The notes beneath the pieces were generated by a model. It was not told the origin of the DNA, made no database searches, and saw nothing but the letters and a program-made list of their open reading frames with translations. A program made the position numbers and the translations under genes. A stretch of 64,000 bases of DNA from Thalia democratica (taxonomy: Eukaryota), in assembly GCA_965202585.1 (NCBI GenBank), contig OZ241826.1, positions 50,716,001-50,780,000 of the forward strand, written 5' to 3'. Shown here piece by piece: positions 1 through 13,900 of the stretch (position 1 is the first letter of the stretch; each line of letters opens with the position of its first letter).

Positions 1-252
1 GCAAATATTTTGTAATTAATATTAGTTTATAAACACTTATGGTACATCTATATTTAAAAAATTACACGTGTTAAAATTTTAAGAAGAATGTTTGCAATAG
101 CTGATTGTTTTTGATAGAATGAAATCTAACATAAACTATTATTTTGTTTAGCTAAGTTAAAAAATAAAATAAATATTTTGTGAATATTCTAACAGTATAC
201 AAAAACTTAAGGGTTTTGTTAAAGTTTTATAGATATAACATAAAATCATATA

Positions 253-865
253 CAGTAACCTCTCGCTTATTTACGCACATTGTGTCCACAGAAAAAACGC
301 GTGAAGATACGAGAGATCGTAAAGATACGAAAAGTACCAAATATACTTACTACAATGGCTGTTTTTTGATATTGCTTCTAATTAAAAGCAGACTGGAGAC
401 TTTTAACAACTTATTTACTATATTTATAAAATATGAAAACAAAAGATAAAACTATACACATATTAAAAAAAAAAGGATTTAACTTTATATAAAATAATAA
501 TACTAGCAGAAAAAAATTACTAGTTTTGATAATAAGTAGGTTTTATCTTTATCTTTGTTTGTTAGTGACTTATTTGATAATTCACATTTATATTCTATTC
601 TACTTAGCAAATTCAATTTTAATTAAGGATTTGTTTGCTATCAAGAAATGGTGTAAATGTAATTAATTAGTCAAGGAATAAGTTTATAAAGTCTAAAGAT
701 ATAGAGAGGTGAGTTAGCATTTTAAATTAAAAACATACAATAAACCTAGTTTGTGCATTAAAAAAAAAAAAGAAAATGGTTTTTTGAATTTTTTAGAATT
801 CTAAAATGCGTAACTAAACGAGAGTGCGTAACGTCACGAGTGCGTAAAGATGCGAGAGGTTACTG
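253..865 (+). mobile_element. Non-autonomous pogo/Tigger-type (Tc1/mariner superfamily) DNA transposon
   Basis: TA flanks at 251-252 and 866-867. 24-bp TIRs CAGTAACCTCTCGCTTATTTACGC, 22/24 match. Subterminal AAGATACGA repeats. Both ends are shared with 51992..53087. Confidence 0.88.
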
Positions 866-3800
866 TACTGAAGTTTCTTTTTTTAAACTATTACAACCCT
901 TTTTACAAACATATACATATAAAACAGCTTCCGACCAAAAGTTTTAGTGATTATTTTATTTTATCACAAACAATTCAACAAACACCGAGTTAAATTTATA
1001 TTTGCTGTCCTAAAGTTTTACAACTAGCTATACTAGGTTTCTTAAAGTGTGCACATATTCTTTTGCAGCAAATTGTTCGGTAGTTATTTGTAATTTTGTA
1101 TTGTTTTTTCGAAATAGTTAGTTGTTATTTGTACTTAAAGTTAGTTTAAAATATGTTATTTGATTTACTACTGTTTTTTTACTTATAATTTTATTTGTAT
1201 AGACAGTTAAAATACAAGAACAAGTTTATTAAAATAGACTAATAGTTTTCTTTGATATCTAGTATATATAATTTTCTTTAAAACATCATTGAAATTATTT
1301 ACTGCGTTAATTAATTATTGCAAGTAATCTTCAAACATTTTTTGTTTAGGAAATCTGATATTTGATTAAAAGTTTCATGTATTTTAAAGGTATTTATAAA
1401 CACAAATAATTAAAATATTTGAAACATATTTTTATCTAATTCACTTTACAAGCGAGTTGCTTTTTGCTTAAAGCTAAAACGACCAAATGAAGCTAGAGTA
1501 TTTAGTTAAACGTTACTTAGATTTAATTACAGAAACTAAATAAAAAACTGTAGTACAATTTCGGTTATATTAATGAACTTTTAACATACTTTCAATAAAA
1601 AATAATTTTGTCTATTAAATAATTTAATTTTATGTAACTTAAATTTGAATTATCTAAAAGAACATTAAAAGCTGTTTAACTTTTATACTATATTCTGAAA
1701 GCATAATACCTACATTTAATTTGTTTCGATAACTAATTAAATTTAACGGACAAATTATTATGATTGAATGTGAGCGCATCACAACGTTTGTCTAAGTATA
1801 TCATTTATTAAAAAGTATATTATGAAACAAACAAATAATTCAAAATTTACATATTGTTGTAAAGTAATAACATACTTTGATTCTAAAAAAAGCTTAGTGA
1901 ATACTTTGACGATAGAACTGATTTTAAATTTTTTAGCTATAAGAGTTTTCAATAATGAATCTACGATTAGCACTAAATGAATTTTCAGTTTAACCTTTTT
2001 TTTTTAATTAATGTTATATAATAAAACAAATAAAAACTGTTTAGTATTTCTAAGGTATCCTATCGAGCAAAAATGATCAAAAGTTCCTAAAAAATTGTTG
2101 ATTAAATATAATTATGTACAAACATTACATACTAAAAAATAAAGTTTAACTTTGAATATATGTGAGGTTCAGAATTTTTACAGCTACTTAAAGTAATAAA
2201 TTACATAACGATTGCTTATATTCAAAGTCTTAAGTCTAAATTATTGACATCTGCAGCATTGTAAATGTTACGTTTTTAAATGTATCAAAGGTTATATTAA
2301 AAAAGCAACGATTTACTTTTTAAGGCTGATACTATTTATAAAACCACAAACTACTTTTGTAAAGCACAGATACTGAATGAATTTAAAATGATAGAAAATT
2401 GAAAATCATAAATAGTTTATACAAGTACAAAATGAGTCATCTATAACTATTATTTTAATTTCTTTCAAATATTTAAACTGCATACTGACTTATTAAATTT
2501 TAAAAATTTTTGTTAACAACAATATTTTAATTTTTTCTATTATCAAAATTTAGCGTGCTTAATAACATAAAAGTTTAAGTCAACAGTTATAATAAAATGT
2601 TATAAAAAAAACAAGAAGTTTCAATGTTAAATACCGTATCTTATTTTAATTAGTTTTAAGTTTTATGATTTATAAAGTAGCAATAGTAACTTTTTTTTTT
2701 TAATTCTTTTATGCTCTTATAGTTTAAATTTTACTTTAAAAGGAAAAGGTGCACCTTTTTTAGCATATGTATATCTTTTTGTTTTATAAGTACTCTTTTT
2801 ATTTTGACTACAACTTATTTTAAATTAAAAAGAAAGAAAAAATTTAATCAGATTTTAGATTTATGGTAGTTTAAGTTATTTATAACAAAAATTTGAAATA
2901 CGAAAAATTAAATGTGGTTTACAGAGTATATTTCAATAATAAATTGGACTAATCAAGTTTCAATCATTTAAATGCCAACTGTCTGCTTATCGAGCCAACA
3001 AACTTTTTTGATGTAGTTCCAAAAACAACTTTGTTAACAAAAATATTTACAAACCCTTCAAAACATTTTAGGATAAACTATTTCTTAGAAACTCTTTAGA
3101 ACGTTTTACAGTAAGTAAAACTTTTACTTGGTTATCAAATAGATTATAAAAACATAACGGATTTAGTTATAATAAAAGATTATTTCGTACTTGTTTATAG
3201 TCAATTTTTTTTAAAGTTTTGTTTACGTAATACAGTTTTCTAAATATAAAATAAAAGTACTTTCATAAAATACTACAATCAGTCATAGTTTTTAAGTACT
3301 TAATCAAATTTATTCTATATCAAAAAATAAACAAAACATTTTTTTTTAGTGAACGAAATTAACTTATTGAAATTTTGGAATAATTAAAGTTTTAGGTAAG
3401 TAATCAAGTTTATTTGGCTTGCTGAAAACATTTTCTGAAATTTATACTTACAGCCGCAGCTAAAACTGGACGAAATTAAGATCTATGCGAAAATTGACAG
3501 CAACCAACTGGAAATTGTACAAATAACATAATTTATTTTATTTAAATCAATAACTTAATCTACCTCTAAAATTTAATGATACGAGAACTATATTTTATCA
3601 ATAAAACTTCTATCTGTGTTGTTGAATTTTAAAATAAACTAAACTACTTTAACTTTAAGAAAAAAAAAGTTTATTTCAGTTTAGTTAGCAACAAAATCTA
3701 AACATTTTTCTTTACTACAGTTAAAGAAAAAAGCTACCAATTTGTAAAGTTGTAAACAATTTCTTCAAAATTTAAAGTATTAAGTCTAAATATTTATCAA

Positions 3801-6800
3801 AACAAAGGAAGTAGTCATGAAGCGTAGCAAGGCAAACAGTGAATTTAAATTGACTCTAAGCTGATTGTATCGCCTTGTGTTTGAAGTGGTAATTTTTATA
3901 CAAAAGTAGAACAATCTACATTGCTTTTGCGGTCGCTGAAATTGTTTTATTATCCTTCAATCTGACATGTATTTGCTCTCATATACACCTTTTTAAAGAC
4001 TAATGAAATTCAACAGTCTTTAAAAGTTCTAGTTTTGCTTACAGAACTTTATTTTGTTTCGTCTGTGACCCCAAATAAAAATATTGACCACTATCATTAA
4101 TTTTTTGTTGAGCGAATAGCATATATGTATTTTTTTTCGTTTCAACGCAAAGAGCATTATTGTGTTAGAATTGTATTTTTTTTATATAAAATAAACAAAA
4201 AATGATTCTTATTACTCATAAACTATTATTCTTTTATAGTTCATTATTTTAAAACCTAAATTAGTTATAAAAAAAAACTAATCACAATATACCTTTATAT
4301 TTTTAAATTTTAGCATATTTTATGGTTTTCCACAAAAAAAAATTAGTTGTAAATAATGTTCATCAAATTGTAATGCTAGTTTTTAAATTAAGAGACACTT
4401 TGCATTTTTATTTGTAATATACCTAAACTTTTTTAAACTTTAAAACTATTAACATAAATGTTAGATCGTGTTTTTAACATAACTATTAAACTTTAAAAAA
4501 TATTTAAAAAAATAGTTTTAAGCGTTTCAAAAGTAATATACGGTTGTTTGTAGTATCAAAAAACCAAGGAAATAGCATGTTTTAATTGAAATAGTTTATT
4601 GACTTTTAACCTACTTTTGTTTTATTGAGCTTCAGTTTTTGTAACAACATTTAAATGATTGCGTACTTTTGAATATACTAGGTTTACTCTTAATTTCTTC
4701 AAAAAGTCTGAAGAAAGTAAGAACTATAGAAAAAACTAGTAAGAAATTAAAGCCTGATGAATCTTATAAGATTCAGTTGCCTTAGACCTAAACAAAATAA
4801 ATTAACTCTACTAGTTAAAAGTTTATTGGTAAACAAACTGCTATATAACTAATAAATTTTGATTTAGATTTATGCATATCAAACATTTTTTACATAAAAA
4901 ATATTAATACATATAAACTAAAACCAATAGAATATGGAAACATTTTACTTGTAGATGTTTTTTATAAGAAAAATAAGACTTCTTCTACTTTAAAAGTTTG
5001 ATCATTTTTAATAAAACTGTTTAGTAAAAGTAAAACGTTTTAGCTATTTTTAACATATTTAAGTTGTAGAATTTAAATTATTTAATTGATAAAAAATGTA
5101 ATTAGTTATTAAAAATAGAGCATTGACCGGATAAAGTTTAGTATTTCGTTAATAAACGCCAGTTGTTCATCAAAAAAATTATAAATGAGATGGATTAGTT
5201 AAAGTTTTAACAATAGTTGTTGTTAACTAAAGGCAGCCAAAAAAATTTCCAGCCTCTTCGCCTCATTAAAAAAGAAAACTTAAAACTAACTTTAACATGA
5301 AAGATCTAACAAAAACAAACTGCAGTTTTTTTTAATTTTTTATTTTGTACTAAATAATTTTATGATAACTTTTGTACAACATCGTACGTTAACGAGAACA
5401 ATAATCTCAAATTACAGAAAAAAAAAATTCCGGTTGCTTTGATCACTTTGTTGAAATAATGTCATGGAAATTTTGGAAAAACCATTCTTCTTTTCTAATA
5501 ACTTTTTATTTCTTGGTCTGAAAGCTCGATAAATACTAACGTAACAACTCAAAGCACAGTTATGCTGACAAAAAAACTGATAAGTATTATCAAAATAAAA
5601 AGAATAAGTGTAAAAAGTAAGTTAATCTTTACAAACAAATACTTGTTCTTTTTTATTATGTATTTTAAAAGTAGTTACAGCGTCACAGAAAATAAAAATA
5701 AGTTCACCGTTTCGGGTCCTGCCTTGACGGTAAACGAATGGATAATGTTTTAAAACAAAAAGTTAAAAGCAAAGGAAAAAATAAAGTAAAAAGAATGATC
5801 ACATTGCTTCTTCGACTTGCGAAAAAACTTTTGAAAAACTAACAGAAATATGTAAAATTATCAAAAACAAAATTTTAAAGTACTAAGGTTTTAAAGTACA
5901 TTTATAATACTTCCAAATTTTTTTAATAAGTAAATGATAAAAATAAATAAATAGCTATTAAAAGTACTTATTAAGGTTGATTTGGTAACTCGAAAAGCAA
6001 CATATTTCAAAACGTATTGTTTGACGAATAAATAAATATTTTACAAAAACAATAAATATTAAAAATTTTACTTTAATAAAAAATAAGTTGAAAATACTGT
6101 GATATCCTCATAGAAGAGAAGTACACAGGCAGCAACAAGGCAAGAATCAATATGAAATACAAAAATAAATTGAGAGGTTTTAAAGTCTTCAAATTGGTCT
6201 TAGAATTTTTAGTCTACTATTTTCAGTCGCTTTGTTAAACATGATGTATGCAAAGTTTTAAAATTTGAGAGATAGCTAGCTAAAATTAAAAACAAGCTTA
6301 GAGTTTGAAAATTTAAAATGTATGGTGTTATAAAATATTTTGCTTATAGTTCGAGTTAGATACGGTATACATTAGGAGGTCTGTTATTAATGTAGGCTAT
6401 CTATACTACAATGCTGAATGTATTTAAAAAAGACAAGTAAATCAGACAAATTAAAATCAAAATCAAACAAGTAAGGAATTTTTTATATTTTTATCTTAAT
6501 TAAAGTTAAAAAACGAAATTGTTTAAAAAAATCATAAAACTGATCATAAAATTCATCATTGTAAAAGTTAGTAAAGCATGATAATTTTGAAAAACACGCT
6601 TAAAAATAATATTTACGGTAAATTTAAAAGCAAATTACAAAGTTATTCTAAAATAGCGACTTCTTTAAGGTCATCTTTCCCTCAAAAACCTGTAAAATAA
6701 AAAAAATAATAATACTTCGCAAAATAACTAACAGTATGTGTTTGTTGTCTGTCTTTTTATATAAAAAACATTGTCCAAACTCGTTGTGATAAAAAAAAAA

Positions 6801-7836
6801 TCAATTCAATATAACTGAATGCATAAAAAAATGTAGGTCACTGCAAAACCAGACACAGAATAGTTTTAAGAAACAATAACAACTGTTAAAAGAGGTATTG
6901 ACAGTTTCTAAGTAGCTTTTGATCATTTTATAGATAAGTAGGCTGAACAAAAATCAAGTTGTTGCATTAACGTGGGAATATACAATCTGTACCATCATTC
7001 AAAGCTAAGTGCACTGATAAAAGATTTTATCTTCAAAGTTTGTATTTGGTAGCCAATGTTACGATACAAATAAATTAGAAACCTAATTGAACAATATTTA
7101 AAGTGCATAGAATTTTAACTTTTACATAAAGTAGTTTTTGCACAGTAAGTTATCAAACTTAAGTTGTGTAACAGTTTATATTTAGATCTTTAAAAGATGT
7201 GCTAAAATTAAGATTCTGTGCACACTAGATACTAAAGTATATGTTACATGAGAATTCATTTTACGACAGCTAAAGTTATTATAAAAGTTTTTAAGTGGCT
7301 ATATCTCAAAAAACAACTTCTTGTTAAAAAATGTATATACTAAAATCCGAAATAATTCAAAATTATCAGAATTTAAATGTCGGAATTTGAATAGTTAAAA
7401 TTTAAATTGTTGTGCACCTAAAACTTATTTATATTTCTAAATCATTAACGCTAAAGTTTTTTTTTAAACTTTTTCAGAAAACTTTTAAAAACTGTTTAAG
7501 AAATATCAAAAAATGGTTTTAAGAATAATAATATAAACATTTCAACAAAAACTTTATTTCTCTTAAAACTAATGGCAACAAGCAATTAATTTTATGACCA
7601 TATTACTGTTAGAGATGCAAACTTTTAGAAACACTTCTCGGAAATACAGTATTTAGATGCTTTTTAACAATTAAAGATATTTATTAGCAGTAAAAAATAA
7701 TTAAAAAGGTTGAAAACTAATAGACCTATTCAACTTTTAAATCTAGTCTTAGCGTTTAACTATAGTTAAATATCGGATTTTAAAATTTAAATCAGAAAAA
7801 CTGTAGCTTTTAACTTTATAACTATCTCTTTGTTTT

Positions 7837-7962
7837 TTAAAAACTTAACGAAAACCTTAAAACTTTATATACTAACGGGTTGTATTCTAATATCACTCCG
7901 TGAGCAGAGGGACTGCACTTTCCACAGTAGCCCCCACACCTACCGGTTACTTGTTGGTTGTT
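7837..7962 (-). CDS. ADAMTS9: ADAMTS exon 39: end of GON domain and stop
   Basis: NNQQVTGRCGGYCGKCSPSAHGVILEYNPLVYKVLRFSLSF*; CGGYCGxC is the characteristic GON end. Confidence 0.88.
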   Translation of the reverse strand, partial: NNQQVTGRCGGYCGKCSPSAHGVILEYNPLVYKVLRFSLSF

Positions 7963-10900
7963 CTGTTAGTTTAAGTGGTTAAGTTTACAAGTTTCATAAT
8001 CTTATTCAACCTAAATAAAGTTGCAAGCTGCACTCACTTTGTATCTTGATATAAGTTGACTTGAAGAGACACCGTTTTTGTTCCACGATGTCCTTTCACT
8101 AATCGTGAATCCGGTTCCCTCTAAACTTATACTGAACCGCCCCTACAATTATTTTTTGTTTCATTATAGTAAGCTACCCAGGTATTTAACTGAAATTATT
8201 TGAAATAGATTTATATTTGGTTTTACTAATTCTACGTCCAAAGTTTATTGAAGACAGTTTTTTTGAAATAGATCATTTTTGTTATAACTTTGCTATACTA
8301 GTAAAAAACTTAGTATGTGCTTATTCTGAAGTAACTTAATTACCAATTAAAACTTTAATAAATTTAATATTCATCACAAAAATACATTAAAGTGAAAAAA
8401 TATCCTTGCTTTTTAAAACTTAAACTTATCCGCCGTATTTTTTGAACATTTCTTAAAGGTTTTTATTGAAAACCAGTAATTATTTTTTAAAGTAAAAGAG
8501 TTGTTAAAGATTCATTAAAGCATTTTATTCTTTTTATCTTGCTTATATAATATTAGCTCTTTTTTAATTCAAGCTTAGAAGTACACAAAATCAATAAATA
8601 GTTGTTTTGATTTGGAATTTCGAAAATGGGCTATTTATAGTCTACAAGTTTTTACAAACTACTTTTTAAAAAAGTAATAACAACTTTTTAACGTTTTAAG
8701 AAACTTGCGCTTTATATAAACTTACCTAATAATTTTTTTGTAACTTGATTAAAATTAGCTTTGATCAAAAAGTTTTAATATCAGTTTTTACAACGAGTAA
8801 GGTATCATATTCTGGTCGTAAATAGTATTAAAGTTTTACAAGTAGTATAAAGTTTCCTAAAAACTTTATTTACTTTAAAATAAAATTTTACTAGTTTACC
8901 AATGCAAAAACTGAACTTTGTCCTTTAAGTTTGTGTACACAGGTTTTAGTGCGAAAAAGTTATAAAGAGTCACATACGTATTACTACTAAACCTAGCTTG
9001 GTAAAAAATGTTTCAAAAATTATTTTAAAAATAAAAAATTCAAATACTGTATAAACAAAAACATAATATTAAGTTTACTTGTGGGCAGTTTGAACTACTG
9101 TAGCAATCACCAGCGACACCAAAACCGATATTTTTTCCATGTGAGCTTGCGAATGTAAAATCGTCGACTGTTTGATAAACAACAAATCAATTTATTTATT
9201 CATACTTTATACCGTTGGAAGTTTCAACAACTTACTTTTAACTATATTTTGCTTTATAAGAAAGCGGACTTTTTGGAATCGGGTCAAGCCGGCATCGGGG
9301 ACGTCTCTGCACATGCCTGGGTGACACAGGTCACGGTCCTGTCCACTTGCAGGACAGTCTGGTCTATCTTGCGTTAAGCTTTTAAAATTTTATAATATAT
9401 TTAGTCTTTAGTCTAAAAATTTGTTTACATTCACCTCATAATAGTTTTCAAAAGTTTTTATTTTGTGCTATGTTTTTAAAATCAACAAACTCTATCTATC
9501 GTAGAAGTTTTTGGAAAACTTTAAACAAAATTCTTTTGTTACATAAAAGTTTATAACTAAAACTAAATATATGTTTTTAAATGTACCGAAAAAGCGCTTT
9601 GTAAATACAAACAACTAGACAAAAATTGTATTAAATTATATACTATACAAAATTGATCGATACGGTGCATTTACGATTCGACGCTTTTGTCTATGACTTT
9701 TCTAAAATTACTATTTAATAAAAATATTTGGCTATGTTTACATTTATACGTTTAACTTTTATTCATGCTAAGTAGACTAAAATTAAACAAAGCGTGTAAC
9801 TAAATACGGTTATGAAAATAAACACTTTTTACTTAGTTTACACCAGAACTATTTTTAAAGCTAAGTTTAATGTTGTACTATCTTTACAGAATATGAATAT
9901 TAACCTGTATGCATAAAACTTTGAGTAGTTTTCTGTGCTTTTCAAAGTGATGAATTCTTCTGGGACATCAGTAAGCATTTGATGACAGTAAATCTACAAA
10001 AGGTAAACTTAATTTATACTTCTTTAACGTAAAAATTCAATTTGTTCATAATTAACATTTTACATACAAATGTAAACTATTGAAAAGCTATTAATTTAAA
10101 AAAGAATATCATAAAGGTTAAAATAACTTACTGTAGAAAAATTATACTGAATTTAAACTTTTATAAACTCTCGATCAACTGATAACCAAGCCTACAACTA
10201 CATACTTGTGCCATGTCAGTTCCGATTTGCAGCATGTAGTGTCCGTCTTCAAAAGCCTGGTCAGAGTGATATTGCTTCAGCTCAAGGCATGACTTCGGTC
10301 GACAAGGCGGCCCGTGGCACGGTTTGTTCTTGTCGGGCTTGAACTGCTTGTGGTCGCGCTCGCAGTAGCCGTCTTCATCCGGCTGCTGCGTTTCCTGGTT
10401 GATGCAAACCACCTGTCGACGCGAAGCTCCCATTCCGCATGACTTTGAGCACTACAAATACAAACAGCATTGTGAAAATCTAGCAAAACAAAAAGAAAAT
10501 ATAAATAAGTTTATATTTGACGCTATAGGTTAGAATTTAAATTAAAGCAAAAACTTTTTATGATCTATGTTTTTACAAAATAAAAGTTTTGCTGTACTTT
10601 GTTTAACCTAATCCTTAAGCTAAATTGGCAAACAATTATTCTTTGAATTTAAATTTAAATAAATTTTGTCTGTTACAATGCTTTTGTGCAGGGTATCTAG
10701 TCGATCCTTGACAAACTCTTCAATAAAATGATAGATTATTTACTAAATAGCTAATTTAATCAACACATAAAATATTAATTTTAAGTCTTTATATTCAATA
10801 AATTGTTTTAGAGAACTTTTTATTCGTTACATTTTTTTTGACTATGTTTATTTTTGTTATATAGTTGTTGACCTTTTTAAATATCTATTTATTAAGTAAA

Positions 10901-13900
10901 GTTGTGTATGTATTTTATACTAGTAACAATTCAGTAAAATAAAAACTACTAATTATTTTCAACAGACCTATGAAGTATTTTTATTACTATATGATTATGC
11001 TTGTTTTAATCAATATTTCTGTAATTTAAACTAAATATACAATCGAAACTAATATAGATCAAATAGTTTTGTTTATATAATTAAAGCATTGGCAAATAAT
11101 CTACCACCTAAAAGAAAATATTATATTGAAGTTGTCTTGTTTAATGATTGACAACTGTTGCTTGTGTTACATTTCTAAAATTATATCACTTAAAAATACA
11201 TTTTAATTAAAAAAGGTTTTACTTTATAAGATTAAAGTATTGTTTAAGCCAAAAGTTTAAATTTAATTAAGTTGCTTATTAATTAAAACTTCCTGTTATA
11301 TTTTAGATACTTTTCATTATATTTTAGCTTATTGTTGTCTGAAAAAATTACACGTCTAAAACACTAAACTAAAATTTTAACACAAAATATTTGATGAAAT
11401 TTTGTTTTAAATTAACAGAAATATTATAAAAATACTTATGATATAAAAAAAGAAAAAGATTAAAAGTTATTTGTAAAACACTTTAAATAGCTTTCTAATT
11501 GCAGTCAAAGTTTCTTTCAGCATAAAGATAAAAATTTGTAGTGATAAGTATCTTTACAATTAATGCTGATAAAGGCAATGACAAAGCATTGCTCTAGTTT
11601 AAAAACTCTTAATTGGTAGTATTACGTATACTATAAGATAAGAAAATTTTAAGTCCACGTAAGAAATAGATGATTTCATTAAAATTTTTCATACTTTATA
11701 TAAAAAAACTAAAACTTTTGTTTGTTTCAAATCATACCTTAAAAAGTACAAAACTAAGAAAAAACAAACAAAAAGGTTAAAAAGGTTAAATTAAGAAGGT
11801 TAATTAACCTTATCTAAAAATATTAAACTTTCAGTAGATCTTATAGTAGGAATATTAATCACCTGTCCCCAATCTCCGGTTTTCCACAGCCATTTTGACT
11901 TGCAATCGCCTCTGTTGCACTCTCTCACAGTTGCTGGACCGGGTTGAACGCAAGATGAAGTCTTGATTTCTTGGTAAGTTTCCATGTCTATGTAGGAGCA
12001 CCAGGTATCTCGCAACTGGCGACCTTCTCCGCACGCAAGTGTGCACTGATTGTTTAAAAGTTTTCATGAATATACGATGGTTAGTAAACGGAGAGATGGA
12101 AAAATTTAGTACATTAAATAGTAACTCATCTAAAAAATTTAATTGATTAATCAACTATGTTCTTATAATTAAAAAACATTTAAAGTTACGTACAAACGTA
12201 CATTAGCTCATAAAAAAGACCTGATTCAATGAAAAATAACGGTAAGAAAAATAACTTACTTCAGTCCAAGCACCTTTTTTCCATGTTGCGTGACAGGGTC
12301 CATTTGAGCAGTTGCGCTGTGTTATCGGTCTTTCTTCGGTACAGTAAGAGTCATCAACTGCTCTTCTAGTAACTTCCTGTACACACCTGGTTCTTCTCGA
12401 GGACACTCCTGCTCCACATGACTTGGAACACTGTGTAAATTAACTTAGTTGTTTTTGAATATTAGGTAGCAACTTCTATAAGTAAAGTTAAGCTTTTGTA
12501 ATTATTTTATTGAAACAAAAAATTGAACAAAAAATCTTGAAAGAATTCTTTGGGATACTAATTTGTAACAGTTGCTCGTACAATAACAAATATATACGCA
12601 ACACTTCTCTTTTTTTTCAAAAAGTATGGAAAAGAACTTGGCTTTGTATTTAATACAAACAGTTGGTGCAAATCTTATTAAATTAAATTAAACTCTTACA
12701 TGGTTTCATAAAAAATAAATGCAGTGACTAATATTAGTCAAGCTTTATGTTTCAAGATAAACTATAGTATATATTTTTGCAAGTATAATTTTTAACTTAT
12801 CTATATCTGTGTTCCTATCTTCTGTATTTTAGATACTATTTTTATTCTACTTTTATAAACATCAGACAATAGTATACATGTTCATTTTTTTACAAACTTA
12901 TACTCGTAACAACTGAGTTGTGACTTGTCTAAATAAATTTTATAACTTTGTATATTTAGTTCTTAAAAACGAACATTTGAAATTTATAACAAAAGTTTTA
13001 AAGCAAAGCACAGTCAAACAAACACATTCTGCATATAGGGTTCACTCTATATAGATTAATACCAATAGAACCTTACAACACATTCAAGCTCAGCTAAAAT
13101 TTCCGCAACTAAGTCAAAATGACTTAACTTTGACTACAGTTCTTTTTTAATGCTCTTCTTTCAAAGCGTTTTGTAGTTTAAATAAGAAAAAAGTAAATTA
13201 CACCATAATACTCAGTAGTTTTACATAATTTTTCAATCTCATCACTTACCAGTAAATTTTATGACATCTATTTTATAAATTTATTTTTCGTACTAATTAA
13301 CTTTTTAAAGTTCGATGACTAAATTAGATCAACTTGTTTTAACAAGATGAAAAATAGTTTATGTTAAAAACGTGTACAACAAAATAAAATTTCTGAAAAA
13401 CAGAAAATTTTCTTACGTCTGTCCAATTAGACAAATTCCATCGGAAAGCACTGCAACTTTTTATAAGCGGACAGTCTTGTGTATCAATTGGTTTTACATA
13501 AATATTGCAGTTGTTTTGCTCTATTATTCGCTGTCTATAACGGCAACTGACTGCTCGCTTTTGCACAGCATGGTCGCAAGAAGACGGACACTAGAAAATA
13601 TTAACAAGTTTTCAAAAACTAAATCACAAGTGAGTTGTTTCCCTTCTCTTTAATCATTTTACGGTTTCTTTAAAATTAAATTTAAAATAACATTTAAGCT
13701 TCTCTTTGAAAATAAATTACACTTAAAAAAAACTTTAAACGAAAATAAACAAGCTAAATGGTTAGTTTTTTTTGTTTTGGAACGAAAAAAAAAAAACCTT
13801 AAAACTAAAAGAACCACTTACCATACTCCATTGACCTGTTCTCCATCGTGGACATTTTTTGGCACGGTTGTGCTTGCAAGTTTTTATGTGCTTCGGTTTG

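Noticed and set aside
180-449. 89-aa ORF from the track
   Set aside because: Runs through the non-coding left end of the pogo element; AT-biased composition
7553-7685. Poly(A) signals AATAAA on minus at 7680-7685 and 7553-7558
   Set aside because: The hexamer is very common at this AT content; the used site cannot be chosen without 3'-end data
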